Source of the DNA: a virus
Direction: 5' to 3' (one strand)
UHGV virus genome: UHGV-0385297
DNA: 64,000 nucleotides
The position numbers were made by a program, and so were the translations under genes. This document shows positions 8,978-17,644 of this stretch, one piece after another (positions within the stretch are counted from its first letter, which is position 1; the number at the start of each line of letters is the position of its first letter). The notes below the pieces were generated by a model that had not been told where the DNA came from, did not search any database, and saw nothing but the letters and a program-made list of their open reading frames with translations.

Positions 8978-10075
8978 ATGAAAGACATTAAGATTGTGAT
9001 AGGTGCTAATTTTGGAGATTGTGGAAAAGGATTAATGACAGATTATTTCTCACAGAAACCTAATAGTATTGTTGTTTGTTCAAATGGTGGTGCTCAGAGA
9101 GGACATACCGTAACAACGCCTGATGGAATCAGACATGTCTTTCATCATTTTGGATCTGGAACATTCACCCATGCAAGTACATATTTATCTGAGGATTTTA
9201 TTGTTAATCCAATTATTTTTAAGCAGGAATATGATGAGTTGATGAAATTAGGATATATCCCGAATGTTTATATCAATCAAGATTGTATGTTGACTACACC
9301 TTTTGATATGATGGCAAATCAGATTATAGAGGAAAATCGTGGAAAAAATAAACATGGTAGTTGTGGCTTGGGAATTTTTGAAACTATCAAAAGATATAAA
9401 GCCGGTATAACTGATGTAGATGATCATATCAGGGAATATTACTTAGAACAATTTGAAAGAGAGAATATTATATTAACAGATGAATGGTCAAGAATATTCC
9501 TTGATAATGGTATATTTGAACACTTTTTAGATGATTGGGATTTTATGAATAATCACTCATTGGCTATATCAGATAATTATTTCTTAAATCAGTTTGATAA
9601 TATTGTATTTGAAGCTGCACAAGGTTTATTGCTTGATCAGAATAACACAGAATATTTTCCACATCTAACACCATCTAATACAGGTATTAAAAATCCCAAG
9701 AGAATAATTGAAAATGGTGAATGGAATGAAGAGATAAACATTGAAACTTGTTATGTGTCTCGTACATATCTTACACGGCATGGTACAGGAAAATTTCCAT
9801 CAGAGTGTGATAAAAATCAGATCAACAAATATATTTTTGATAAAACTAATATACCAAATCCATTCCAGGATACATTGAGATATGGAACATTAGATTTAAA
9901 AGAATTGTATAACAGATGCAGTAAGGATGTAGGAGATTTTGGAAATAAGAAATCATTAGCACTTATGCATTGCAATGAATGTGACTGGGATGACGAAGAA
10001 TTGATTAGCCTATTTAAAGGTTGGAATATATATTATTCTGATGGAGAAACAAGAGAAGATATTAGATTGAGGTAA
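8978..10075 (+). CDS. adenylosuccinate synthetase (PurA)-family paralogue, short form (365 aa); candidate PurZ-like purine-modification enzyme
   Basis: N-terminal GANFGDCGKG (PurA GDEGKGK P-loop) and NGGAQRGHTV (PurA GGHNAGHT). Also EAAQGLLLDQNNTEYFPHLTPSNTG (PurA GAQGxLLDIDHGTYPYVTSSN) and YVSRTYLTRHGTGKFPSE (PurA STRVGxGPFPTE). About 65 aa shorter than cellular PurA. The PurA catalytic His41 position reads Ala. Confidence 0.7.
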   Translation: MKDIKIVIGANFGDCGKGLMTDYFSQKPNSIVVCSNGGAQRGHTVTTPDGIRHVFHHFGSGTFTHASTYLSEDFIVNPIIFKQEYDELMKLGYIPNVYINQDCMLTTPFDMMANQIIEENRGKNKHGSCGLGIFETIKRYKAGITDVDDHIREYYLEQFERENIILTDEWSRIFLDNGIFEHFLDDWDFMNNHSLAISDNYFLNQFDNIVFEAAQGLLLDQNNTEYFPHLTPSNTGIKNPKRIIENGEWNEEINIETCYVSRTYLTRHGTGKFPSECDKNQINKYIFDKTNIPNPFQDTLRYGTLDLKELYNRCSKDVGDFGNKKSLALMHCNECDWDDEELISLFKGWNIYYSDGETREDIRLR

Positions 10076-10079
10076 AAAC

Positions 10080-10547
10080 ATGAGATTAAGTGAAATTGCA
10101 GAATGGATAGTAAAAAATAATCCAGACTGTTGTATGGTGCCAAATTATACTGTTGTTAATGGTTGCAGAGAAGACTGGTATGAAGAATCATTAATCGAAC
10201 CACTTATGAACCATTGGATGTACGAAGATTTAGGTTTATGTGATTGTGGTTGTCCTGAATATACATATGAAGTAATCAGAAAATTTTTACATATTCGTCA
10301 GGATTGGCGAGAAAATAAACTTGAATATACCGAAGTTCTTAATAGGTATAAAAGAGATTTACATGTTGATGACAATGACAACAATCAATTTGGATTGCTA
10401 CAGTTCATGATGTATATTTTAGATGAACATGAATTCATAGAGCATGGTAGTAGTATCACAGGTTGTTGGCTTACCGAAAAAGGTGAAATGCTATTGATTA
10501 CTTTAGATGCATGGCATGAAAAGAATATGAAAACAGAAGCCGATTAA
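10080..10547 (+). CDS. hypothetical protein
   Basis: ORF 5 nt downstream of PurA-like gene; no HD or MazG motif detected. Confidence 0.4.
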   Translation: MRLSEIAEWIVKNNPDCCMVPNYTVVNGCREDWYEESLIEPLMNHWMYEDLGLCDCGCPEYTYEVIRKFLHIRQDWRENKLEYTEVLNRYKRDLHVDDNDNNQFGLLQFMMYILDEHEFIEHGSSITGCWLTEKGEMLLITLDAWHEKNMKTEAD

Positions 10548-10572
10548 ATGTTGGTTTCAATAGGAGAATCTA

Positions 10573-10935
10573 ATGGATATATTATTCGGTTACGACTGTA
10601 TAGATAGTTGTGATTGCGATAAAAGTAGCAGTTGCAAATATGCTAAACATAAATTTATTCCATTTAAAATTTCACATTTACTATTTGTTTATCCAAGATG
10701 TATCAAATTGAGTGGCACAAATAAATGTCCATACAATAAAACAAGAAACTATACATGTGCAAGTTGTGCCAATAGTAATTCATTCGAAGAATGTGATATT
10801 CCTTTTAATGAGAGAAAACCATATATTCCTAAAGATAGGTGGAAGAAATATAGTAGATGTGGTAGTTATAAAAAATGTAAATGGGCAGATGACTGTTTAT
10901 ATGATGGTGTGTATGTAAGCAGAAATCAGCTCTAA
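10573..10935 (+). CDS. Cys-rich hypothetical protein
   Basis: ORF with RBS AATAGGAGAATC; many Cys pairs (CIDSCDCD, CASCANS). Confidence 0.4.
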   Translation: MDILFGYDCIDSCDCDKSSSCKYAKHKFIPFKISHLLFVYPRCIKLSGTNKCPYNKTRNYTCASCANSNSFEECDIPFNERKPYIPKDRWKKYSRCGSYKKCKWADDCLYDGVYVSRNQL

Positions 10936-11090
10936 CTTGTTTAGAGTGTTAATTATTATCTACTACTTATTATATCTACTATTTATATCTGTGGCAGTTC
11001 TTGCAAAATTTTACATGAACTTCATCTGAGTTTTCAAAAGTTATTGTCAAAAAATGTAATAACATCCGCCATAGGAAAATATGATTATTC

Positions 11091-11160
11091 CGCTGCGGCG
11101 AAGCCGCCTATCCGGAACAATGGTTTCCTCATTCCGGACAGGTGGTGTAAAAGCACCCGT
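11091..11160 (+). ncRNA. GC-rich structured intergenic element (three consecutive hairpins) of unknown function
   Basis: Inside a 325-nt noncoding gap. Hairpins GCGGC-GAA-GCCGC, then TCCGGAA-14nt-TTCCGGA, then GGTG-9nt-CACC. Local GC far above the surrounding AT-rich sequence. Confidence 0.3.
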
Positions 11161-11260
11161 AATATTCAAAAATACAAAAGGAATAACAGAAAGGATATGC
11201 ACCCGAAGAACCGAACTATATAGATATGTCGGTATTCGGTGCGGCAAGTTAAGATAGGAG

Positions 11261-11596
11261 TTGGCTATGTTATTAACAAATAGATTTCCAAACGAAAATC
11301 GCTCAGGTCTTCAAGAATACTATTGTGACTTAACACGAGAAATAGATCGGCTTCTTGGATTATCACCAGATCAATACTGGAAGCATTATATTCTGGCAGA
11401 TAGCACAATGCTAAAGGACAAGTGTCTTGCAATTAGAATTCCTGGCGGTACAGTTGGTGGAATTTGGATTGATGATGAGAATATTATTACGAAGGTATTT
11501 GTAGACACTGAGTATTATGTTATTGAAGAATATCCAATAGATATTAATGAAAAACTGGCACATTTTGTAGGAGAGAAGATTGAATTTGTTGATTAA
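11261..11596 (+). CDS. hypothetical protein
   Basis: ORF with RBS AAGATAGGAG. Confidence 0.4.
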   Translation: MAMLLTNRFPNENRSGLQEYYCDLTREIDRLLGLSPDQYWKHYILADSTMLKDKCLAIRIPGGTVGGIWIDDENIITKVFVDTEYYVIEEYPIDINEKLAHFVGEKIEFVD

Positions 11597-11611
11597 GAGA
11601 AAGGAATAAAT

Positions 11612-12382
11612 ATGGGAACAGATATTACTATGTTTGCAGAAGTACGTAAAAATAAAAAATGGACAAAGGTAGGAAGTGTATTTAAAAATCCTTGGTATCG
11701 CGAAGATAGAGTAATTGACGAATGGAATCGACCATATACTGATCGACCTTATGATAGTCGAAATTATGATTTATTTGCAATTCTTGCAGATGTAAGAAAT
11801 GGAACTGGTTTCGCTGGATGTAAGACTTCTTATGGGTTTAATCCAATTAGTATGCCCAAAGGACTGCCAGAAGATATTACTGCTGAAGTAAAAGAACTTT
11901 TATGGGGTGATGGATATGCAAACTCATATTATACATTAAAGGAATTGAAAGATTATGATTGGGATCAGAAAGTCATTCATGTAGGTGTTATTAGTGAAGC
12001 TCAGTATATAGAAATGAAAAGAACAGGAAAGAATCCAGATAGTTGGTCTGGCAATGTTTCTGGTTGGGATATTGTTGTAGTGTCGGCAGATACGATGGAT
12101 AAGATTTTAAATAAAACCATCAGTAGGAATAATCGTGTTAAATATTATGTACAAGTGGATTTTAAATCAATTACATATAGAGAGTGTTGTGACAATTTTT
12201 TAGAAAACACAATTCCAGCGTTAGAAAAACTTGTTCCTGATGGTGGTACAGAAGAAGATATACGGATTATCTTGACTTTGTACTGGATGATTATAGTTTG
12301 GAAGATGCAGATTATGATGATCAGCCGTTTAAGATTGAAGAAATTGAGAAAGAATAATGGAAATAAAAGATATAAGGTATGA
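11612..12382 (+). CDS. hypothetical protein; C-terminal 35 aa probably out of frame (likely +1 frameshift near 12255-12270)
   Basis: Annotated tail ILTLYWMIIVWKMQIMMISRLRLKK looks like out-of-frame translation. The +1 frame gives an acidic tail DYLDFVLDDYSLEDADYDDQPFKIEEIEKE ending in TAATG overlap with the next small ORF. Confidence 0.4.
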   Translation: MGTDITMFAEVRKNKKWTKVGSVFKNPWYREDRVIDEWNRPYTDRPYDSRNYDLFAILADVRNGTGFAGCKTSYGFNPISMPKGLPEDITAEVKELLWGDGYANSYYTLKELKDYDWDQKVIHVGVISEAQYIEMKRTGKNPDSWSGNVSGWDIVVVSADTMDKILNKTISRNNRVKYYVQVDFKSITYRECCDNFLENTIPALEKLVPDGGTEEDIRIILTLYWMIIVWKMQIMMISRLRLKKLRKNNGNKRYKV

Positions 12383-12536
12383 AGGTTTTGGTGTATATAG
12401 AATAGATCTTGCGCCTAATAATGGAACAATTATTAAATTTGAAGCGAAGAATATACAAGATTGTAAAGAACAATTTATGAAAGATATAAGTCACGATTTT
12501 GATATTATAATAGATCGAAAATTGAAAGAAATTTAG
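12357..12536 (+). CDS. small hypothetical protein (59 aa)
   Basis: ATG in TAATG overlap with alternative-frame end of upstream gene. Confidence 0.3.
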   Translation: MEIKDIRYEGFGVYRIDLAPNNGTIIKFEAKNIQDCKEQFMKDISHDFDIIIDRKLKEI

Positions 12537-12566
12537 GTCGTATTTACATATAAAAGGAGATAAGTT

Positions 12567-12986
12567 ATGGAATTAGTAAATGTTAGTTTATTTGCAGAAG
12601 GATATTATAGTGGGGAGACTTATGAAGAAAATATTTGGATTAAAAAATCTTCATATGAGAAATTAAAAGATGATTTCCCAGAAGAAATTGGTTGCGGTGA
12701 ATTAGATGGAAAACATAGCAATGTATCAGGTGGTGTTGAAGTTGAAGATGAATGGGAAACTGATGAAGACTATGCAAGAGCTGTGATGCCACCAAATGAT
12801 GGTGATCTTCTTGAATATGAATTGGAATATTTATATGAAGAAAATGGTCTTGATTGGGCAACAGAGCGGAAAGAAATTAAAAAATATTTTGACAGTCTTG
12901 ACGTATGGGTTGAAGTAAATATTAAAATTCCATCTAGTAAAAAAGATGAGTTATTAAAGTTCGTTGATAAGATTTGCAAAGAATAA
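12567..12986 (+). CDS. hypothetical acidic protein
   Basis: ORF with RBS AAAAGGAGATAAG. Confidence 0.4.
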   Translation: MELVNVSLFAEGYYSGETYEENIWIKKSSYEKLKDDFPEEIGCGELDGKHSNVSGGVEVEDEWETDEDYARAVMPPNDGDLLEYELEYLYEENGLDWATERKEIKKYFDSLDVWVEVNIKIPSSKKDELLKFVDKICKE

Positions 12987-13029
12987 ATTGACAGGAAATT
13001 TTGTTTTCATACGAAAGGAGAATAACGAT

Positions 13030-13617
13030 ATGAAAGTAACACTTGAGTTGGATAATCTTGAGAATATAGTACAGACAACATTAGAAAAAAATCTTGAAAA
13101 TGTTGTAAAAGAACAGATTGCTGATATTGTAAAAAAGACTGCTGATAATTTAATGAAAGATACTATCAATGCACAGGTTTCTGAGAATTTCCAGCACTTT
13201 GTTGACGAGTATATTACAACAAAGAAAATTAAGATAGGCGGATCTTATTGGGATAATGAACCTGAGCAGGAATATACAGTAGAGCAGTATATTAAGCAGC
13301 AGCTGAAGGAAAAGTTAGATTCAAAAAAACTAAAATTAAAGAAGCAGGATAGTTACGGTCGTTATACAAATAATTACGAAGAAGTAAGCTTTGAGACATA
13401 TATTTCTCGTCAGTTTGATCCTTCTGAAGAAATTAAAAAAGAATTAGATACATTTATGGATGATATTCGTAAACAGGTAAATACAACAATGAAAGAAACT
13501 TTTGATAATTCTACCAAGTCCATGTTGTCTAATGCTGTTTTAAGTATTCTCAGCGCAAATGATACATACAGACAGATTGAGAACAATATTAAATGCATCG
13601 CAGATAAACAGGCGTAA
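13030..13617 (+). CDS. hypothetical coiled-coil protein
   Basis: ATG at 13030 preceded by AAAGGAGAATAACG. ORF-track start at 12964 is probably a spurious extension. Confidence 0.4.
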   Translation: MKVTLELDNLENIVQTTLEKNLENVVKEQIADIVKKTADNLMKDTINAQVSENFQHFVDEYITTKKIKIGGSYWDNEPEQEYTVEQYIKQQLKEKLDSKKLKLKKQDSYGRYTNNYEEVSFETYISRQFDPSEEIKKELDTFMDDIRKQVNTTMKETFDNSTKSMLSNAVLSILSANDTYRQIENNIKCIADKQA

Positions 13618-13620
13618 GAT

Positions 13621-13794
13621 ATGGAAAAAGAAGTTTTTGAAAACGATTGGGAAGACTGTGAATATTGTAAATGTTCATATTATGAATATGATACTGGTTA
13701 TAGTGAATATGAGTGTTTGTTAGATAACAAAGATTGTTTTGGTGGTGAATTAGAATTTGGTTGTCCATTATCATTCAAATACATAGTTGAGTAG
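13621..13794 (+). CDS. small Cys-rich protein (57 aa)
   Basis: MEKEVFENDWEDCEYCKCSYYEYD...; start overlaps upstream stop. Confidence 0.3.
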   Translation: MEKEVFENDWEDCEYCKCSYYEYDTGYSEYECLLDNKDCFGGELEFGCPLSFKYIVE

Positions 13795-13861
13795 AGAATA
13801 ATTCTATAGAATATCATGAGTATTTCGCTCAGAAATCCAATATAAAACAATTAAATAGAGG

Positions 13862-14230
13862 GTGAATATGAAAATAGAAGCAATATCTACTCGCAGTCAG
13901 AAGAAAGAGTACGAATGGCTTTGCGTAGAAAGTAGCGTCCATTTTGACTGGAACGGATGTTTCTGCAGAAAACCATTTATGTATCTAATTGTTTGGAAAG
14001 ATAAGTATTTTTCAGAGAAGCAATATGTTATCCAGGTGTCAGTTTTGGACTATGATGATTATTTTGTTGGATGTGCTTATTATCCTGGTCAGGATCGATT
14101 TACAGAGGTTTTACATGAAATCATTAACTGGATGAATGATTTGGAACATGGCGTTGTCGACTATAGAGAATATGTAAAAGACTGTGAAGGTTTCTTTCCT
14201 GACTGTGGGTGTGAGAGAGAATTGTATTAA
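13862..14230 (+). CDS. hypothetical protein
   Basis: ORF with RBS AATAGAGGGTGAATATG. Confidence 0.4.
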   Translation: MNMKIEAISTRSQKKEYEWLCVESSVHFDWNGCFCRKPFMYLIVWKDKYFSEKQYVIQVSVLDYDDYFVGCAYYPGQDRFTEVLHEIINWMNDLEHGVVDYREYVKDCEGFFPDCGCERELY

Positions 14231-14269
14231 GGAAATTAAATAATGAAAAATAATATAACGAGAGAGGAG

Positions 14270-14400
14270 AACACCTTATCCTAGTGAAACTAGGTTGCTA
14301 TCAGATTAGTCTGGTGAATGATAGCGTAAAGTAGAACGGAGTGGCTGTGCCTCACTAAGCACTTAATAATGCATCCAAGCCGATTGTTATATTGCCGCGT
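14270..14400 (+). ncRNA. structured noncoding leader upstream of PAPS-reductase-like gene (function unknown)
   Basis: 187-nt gap with three clean hairpins: CCTAG-TGAAA-CTAGG, CTATCA-15nt-TGATAG, GTGC-CTCACTAA-GCAC. Confidence 0.25.
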
Positions 14401-14417
14401 ACCAAGGATTTTGGTTT

Positions 14418-15143
14418 GTGGCTGGTGTGAAAGTTTGTTGGTTTAGTACAGGAATTAGTAGTTTTGTAGCATGTTATTTAGCAAAGGACGTAGATGAGAT
14501 TATTTATACTCACGTTCCTAATCAGCATCCTGATAGTCTGAGATTTCTGCATGATTGCGAGAAACTTCTTGGTAGAAAGATCACAATATTGCAATCTACC
14601 AGATTTAAAGATGTTGATGATGTGATTATGAAGACTCGTTGTATTAATACACCATATGGTGCGCCTTGTACTAAGTTTTTAAAGAAAGAAGTGCGAAAAC
14701 AATGGGAGAAAGAACATCCAGATCACCATATTTATGTATGGGGATATGATATGAATGAGCAGCGTAGAGCTGATCGTTTAGTAAATACCATGACAGATTA
14801 TGATCATGAATTTCCATTAATCGAGAATAAATTTACGAAAGAAGATTGTCATGCATTGGCGAAGAAACTTGGATTAAAGAGACCAATGATGTATGAGTTA
14901 GGTTATTCTAACAACAATTGCGTTGGATGCGTAAAAGGTGGCATGGGCTACTGGAATAAAATTCGAGTAGATTTCCCCGAAGTTTTTGAACGCAGAGCCA
15001 AGGAGGAAAGAGAAATTGGTCATAGCTGTATCAAAGGTGTATTCCTGGATGAACTTGATCCTAAACGTGGACGTATGGATCTTGAAGTAATGGAAGATTG
15101 CGGAATCGCATGTCAGTTATTTTCAAGAGAGAATTTAGAGTAA
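14418..15143 (+). CDS. PAPS reductase-like / PP-loop ATP pyrophosphatase family protein
   Basis: N-terminal VCWFSTGISSFVACYL resembles SGGxDS PP-loop of the PAPS-reductase/DndC/QueC superfamily. Size and overall pattern typical of phage PAPS-reductase-like proteins. Confidence 0.45.
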   Translation: MAGVKVCWFSTGISSFVACYLAKDVDEIIYTHVPNQHPDSLRFLHDCEKLLGRKITILQSTRFKDVDDVIMKTRCINTPYGAPCTKFLKKEVRKQWEKEHPDHHIYVWGYDMNEQRRADRLVNTMTDYDHEFPLIENKFTKEDCHALAKKLGLKRPMMYELGYSNNNCVGCVKGGMGYWNKIRVDFPEVFERRAKEEREIGHSCIKGVFLDELDPKRGRMDLEVMEDCGIACQLFSRENLE

Positions 15144-15166
15144 TAGAATAGATACAAAAAGGAGAA

Positions 15167-15463
15167 ATGAATATGGGAGAGTATGGACTAAAATTTGCAA
15201 TATATATATTTGAAGATGAACGTTATTATAACATATTATATAGCGATTTTGGCATCAAAATAATTATGCACACAAAAGAAAACGGTCATAATCTCCCGCA
15301 TGTTCATATTCAATATCAAGACAAAGAGGCTGTTATTAGTCTAATTGATGGTAGTGTTCTTAAAGGAAATATAAAAAAATCAAGATATAATTACGCAAAA
15401 AGATATGTTATAGAAAATAGAGAAGAGCTTTTGCGTAGATATAATGAAATAATTATTGTTTAG
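15167..15463 (+). CDS. DUF4160-like protein
   Basis: NLPHVHIQYQDKEAVISLIDGSVLKG matches HxHxxY core of DUF4160. Confidence 0.4.
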   Translation: MNMGEYGLKFAIYIFEDERYYNILYSDFGIKIIMHTKENGHNLPHVHIQYQDKEAVISLIDGSVLKGNIKKSRYNYAKRYVIENREELLRRYNEIIIV

Positions 15464-15534
15464 AGAATAACCAACTGAAAGTTTTATTTCATGCGAATTA
15501 ATGTAAATACACACAAAACAAAGGTGGTGATGAT

Positions 15535-15933
15535 ATGAAAACAGTAGTACAGACAGAATATCAGGATATTTACAGAGTTGTGGATGGTGTTCTGCTTGTT
15601 GTAAATAAATTTGAATCGATGTATGTAGAAGGCGTAGAGTATCCAACAGTGTATCCTGTTAATAGAGCTGGTATGAGATCATATAACAAGAATTGCCAGC
15701 AGCAGTTAAAGGTTCTTAAGAATGCGTGGCATTGTAAAGAATCATGGTATGAACCAGCATGGAGCATTCCAGCAGGAACAGTTTTATATAACAGTATGCC
15801 GGTTGTTTCTGTTTCTGATAAAAGCAAGTGGCAATATGAGATTAAAACCACAGGAAATATGTTTAGTGGAAACGCAGTCGAGATTCTTGAGATGTTGCAC
15901 GATATTGAAGCTGTTGTTGGAAATGGAGAATAA
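15535..15933 (+). CDS. hypothetical protein
   Basis: ORF with RBS AAAGGTGGTGATGATATG. Confidence 0.4.
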   Translation: MKTVVQTEYQDIYRVVDGVLLVVNKFESMYVEGVEYPTVYPVNRAGMRSYNKNCQQQLKVLKNAWHCKESWYEPAWSIPAGTVLYNSMPVVSVSDKSKWQYEIKTTGNMFSGNAVEILEMLHDIEAVVGNGE

Positions 15934-15937
15934 ATAT

Positions 15938-16210
15938 ATGAAGTTAAAAATTATTTCAGTCAAAGATAAAGCTGGTAATGAGAAAACAGAATTTATGGAT
16001 GAGTTAAGAAAAAATCATCCTTCTATGTCTGGCAGGTGGATTTATCCATTTCTTGCCACTCAGGACTTCGGATCATTTCATTTATTATGGGACGATCAGA
16101 CTGATAGATGCTTGGTCACATCTGCAGTAAAGAATCTTATTCAGGCCGATACTAAAGTGGTAGTAACAACACGAAATTCTGTATATGAGTTTGAGATTAT
16201 TGGAGAATAA
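15938..16210 (+). CDS. hypothetical protein
   Basis: ATG at 15938 right after upstream stop. Longer ORF-track version (15722) is probably an upstream extension in an overlapping frame. Confidence 0.35.
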   Translation: MKLKIISVKDKAGNEKTEFMDELRKNHPSMSGRWIYPFLATQDFGSFHLLWDDQTDRCLVTSAVKNLIQADTKVVVTTRNSVYEFEIIGE

Positions 16211-16214
16211 ATAT

Positions 16215-16613
16215 ATGAGAGCAGAAGATACATTGCAGTTCATGATGGATTTCAATGGAAACTTATTTTGGAATCGTCAGAAATGTTTAGATCATTTGTT
16301 TTGTACGATTGGAAATGGATATGAATGGGAAAACGGTGAGCTTGTAGAGAAAGATTATGATACTAAACAAATGCTTTCTCGTTGGCAGCTTATTGAGCCT
16401 GTTAAATATGCAGAACCAAGATGGTTGACAGTAGAAATTCATGAAATAAAAGATGGAATGCAAAGAAGAGGCTTTAAAGAAAATCCAAAGTGGTATCCAT
16501 TATCAAAAGAATATTCTTATCTCTATAATTATCCTGATGATATTAAACCTGACTGGTTGGCGCTGATTAAAGAATGTAAACAGATGCTTATTGCAGATGG
16601 TATTGAAGTCTGA
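16215..16613 (+). CDS. hypothetical protein
   Basis: ATG at 16215 after GGAGAATAAATAT. Confidence 0.4.
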   Translation: MRAEDTLQFMMDFNGNLFWNRQKCLDHLFCTIGNGYEWENGELVEKDYDTKQMLSRWQLIEPVKYAEPRWLTVEIHEIKDGMQRRGFKENPKWYPLSKEYSYLYNYPDDIKPDWLALIKECKQMLIADGIEV

Positions 16614-16633
16614 AATATAAAAGGAGAAATTTT

Positions 16634-16897
16634 ATGGATAAACATAATTTTATTTTATCAAGAGTAGATAAAACTAATGGCCACGAAGATTATTGGTTTA
16701 AAACAGACAAAATCTCAGATGAGGAGTTATCAAAAGATCATATGGAACAATGTATGATTGGGGTTACAGAAGTGGTTTATTCAAAAGATGAAGATATTGT
16801 TGGAATCAAAAGATTGTTTCCTTTTAATTTCGATGTTGTTTTATTGAATGATGAAAATTTAAAAGCCATTTTAAAAGAAATAATTGATGAAAAATAA
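16634..16897 (+). CDS. hypothetical protein
   Basis: RBS AAAGGAGAAATTTT. Confidence 0.4.
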   Translation: MDKHNFILSRVDKTNGHEDYWFKTDKISDEELSKDHMEQCMIGVTEVVYSKDEDIVGIKRLFPFNFDVVLLNDENLKAILKEIIDEK

Positions 16898-17060
16898 AAT
16901 TAAATGATCGTTTCATCGGAGAGGATGTATGATGGAAGATTTATTTGATGAGGTATTGATTACAACTATGGAAGATAATCTAAATTCTTTTGTAGAAGTA
17001 AAAGATTTGGCAGTTGGCGATGCGAATGTGTTTAGAGTGAGTGAATAGGAGAATAACAGT

Positions 17061-17312
17061 ATGGAGTTATCACAAGATGAAAGACAAAAATTTTTAGAGT
17101 TAATAGATAAAGTAAGTCCATGTGCTGCAATTTCTGAAAAAGAAAATCTTGAAAAGTTTAAAGAGTGGCTGGATAGTGATATGTCAAAAAAAGTTACATT
17201 TGTTGAAGCTCCAAAAATATTTAAAGATCAGGTTGGAAATGACAAAGTGCTTCTTATACCAACAAATGACGAAGCTATAAAGCCAATAAAAGTAATATTC
17301 GAAGGAGAATAA
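17061..17312 (+). CDS. hypothetical protein
   Basis: RBS TAGGAGAATAACAGT. Confidence 0.4.
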   Translation: MELSQDERQKFLELIDKVSPCAAISEKENLEKFKEWLDSDMSKKVTFVEAPKIFKDQVGNDKVLLIPTNDEAIKPIKVIFEGE

Positions 17313-17316
17313 CAGT

Positions 17317-17595
17317 ATGAACAAAAGACAGAAAAAGAAATTATTTAAACAGACGCTTATTAAGGTTAGAAAACTGTATCCACAAAAAGGTGATGTGATT
17401 TGTTTTCAGCCAGATTTAGATTGGATTGATGCTGAAACTATGTGCCAGTTTATGAAAGTTTATTCGAATAATGATGTTTTCGGTGAATCGAAGTTGGCTT
17501 TTGTACCTGCCAATATTAAGCAGCTTAAGTATAAAAAGAACGCTCAGATATATATTAACAAGCTGCAGAGTATTGTAGATCAGATGGGAGAATAA
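17317..17595 (+). CDS. hypothetical protein
   Basis: RBS GAAGGAGAATAACAGT (same spacer as previous gene). Confidence 0.4.
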   Translation: MNKRQKKKLFKQTLIKVRKLYPQKGDVICFQPDLDWIDAETMCQFMKVYSNNDVFGESKLAFVPANIKQLKYKKNAQIYINKLQSIVDQMGE

Positions 17596-17644
17596 TAATA
17601 CAACTTAATTGAATTAAGAAACAAGTGATTAGGAAGGAGAAAAT

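Noticed and set aside
10080-10547. DatZ/MazZ partner of a PurZ system in the ORF following the PurA-like gene
   Set aside because: No HD (H...HD...D) or MazG (ExxE) motifs could be found in its sequence, so no call made.
11111-11160. Resemblance of CCGGACAGGTGG to the guanidine-III (ykkC-III) riboswitch core CCGGACGAGGUG
   Set aside because: Only a short partial match. Downstream gene is not a transporter and the pseudoknot partners could not be found. Kept only as a generic structured element.
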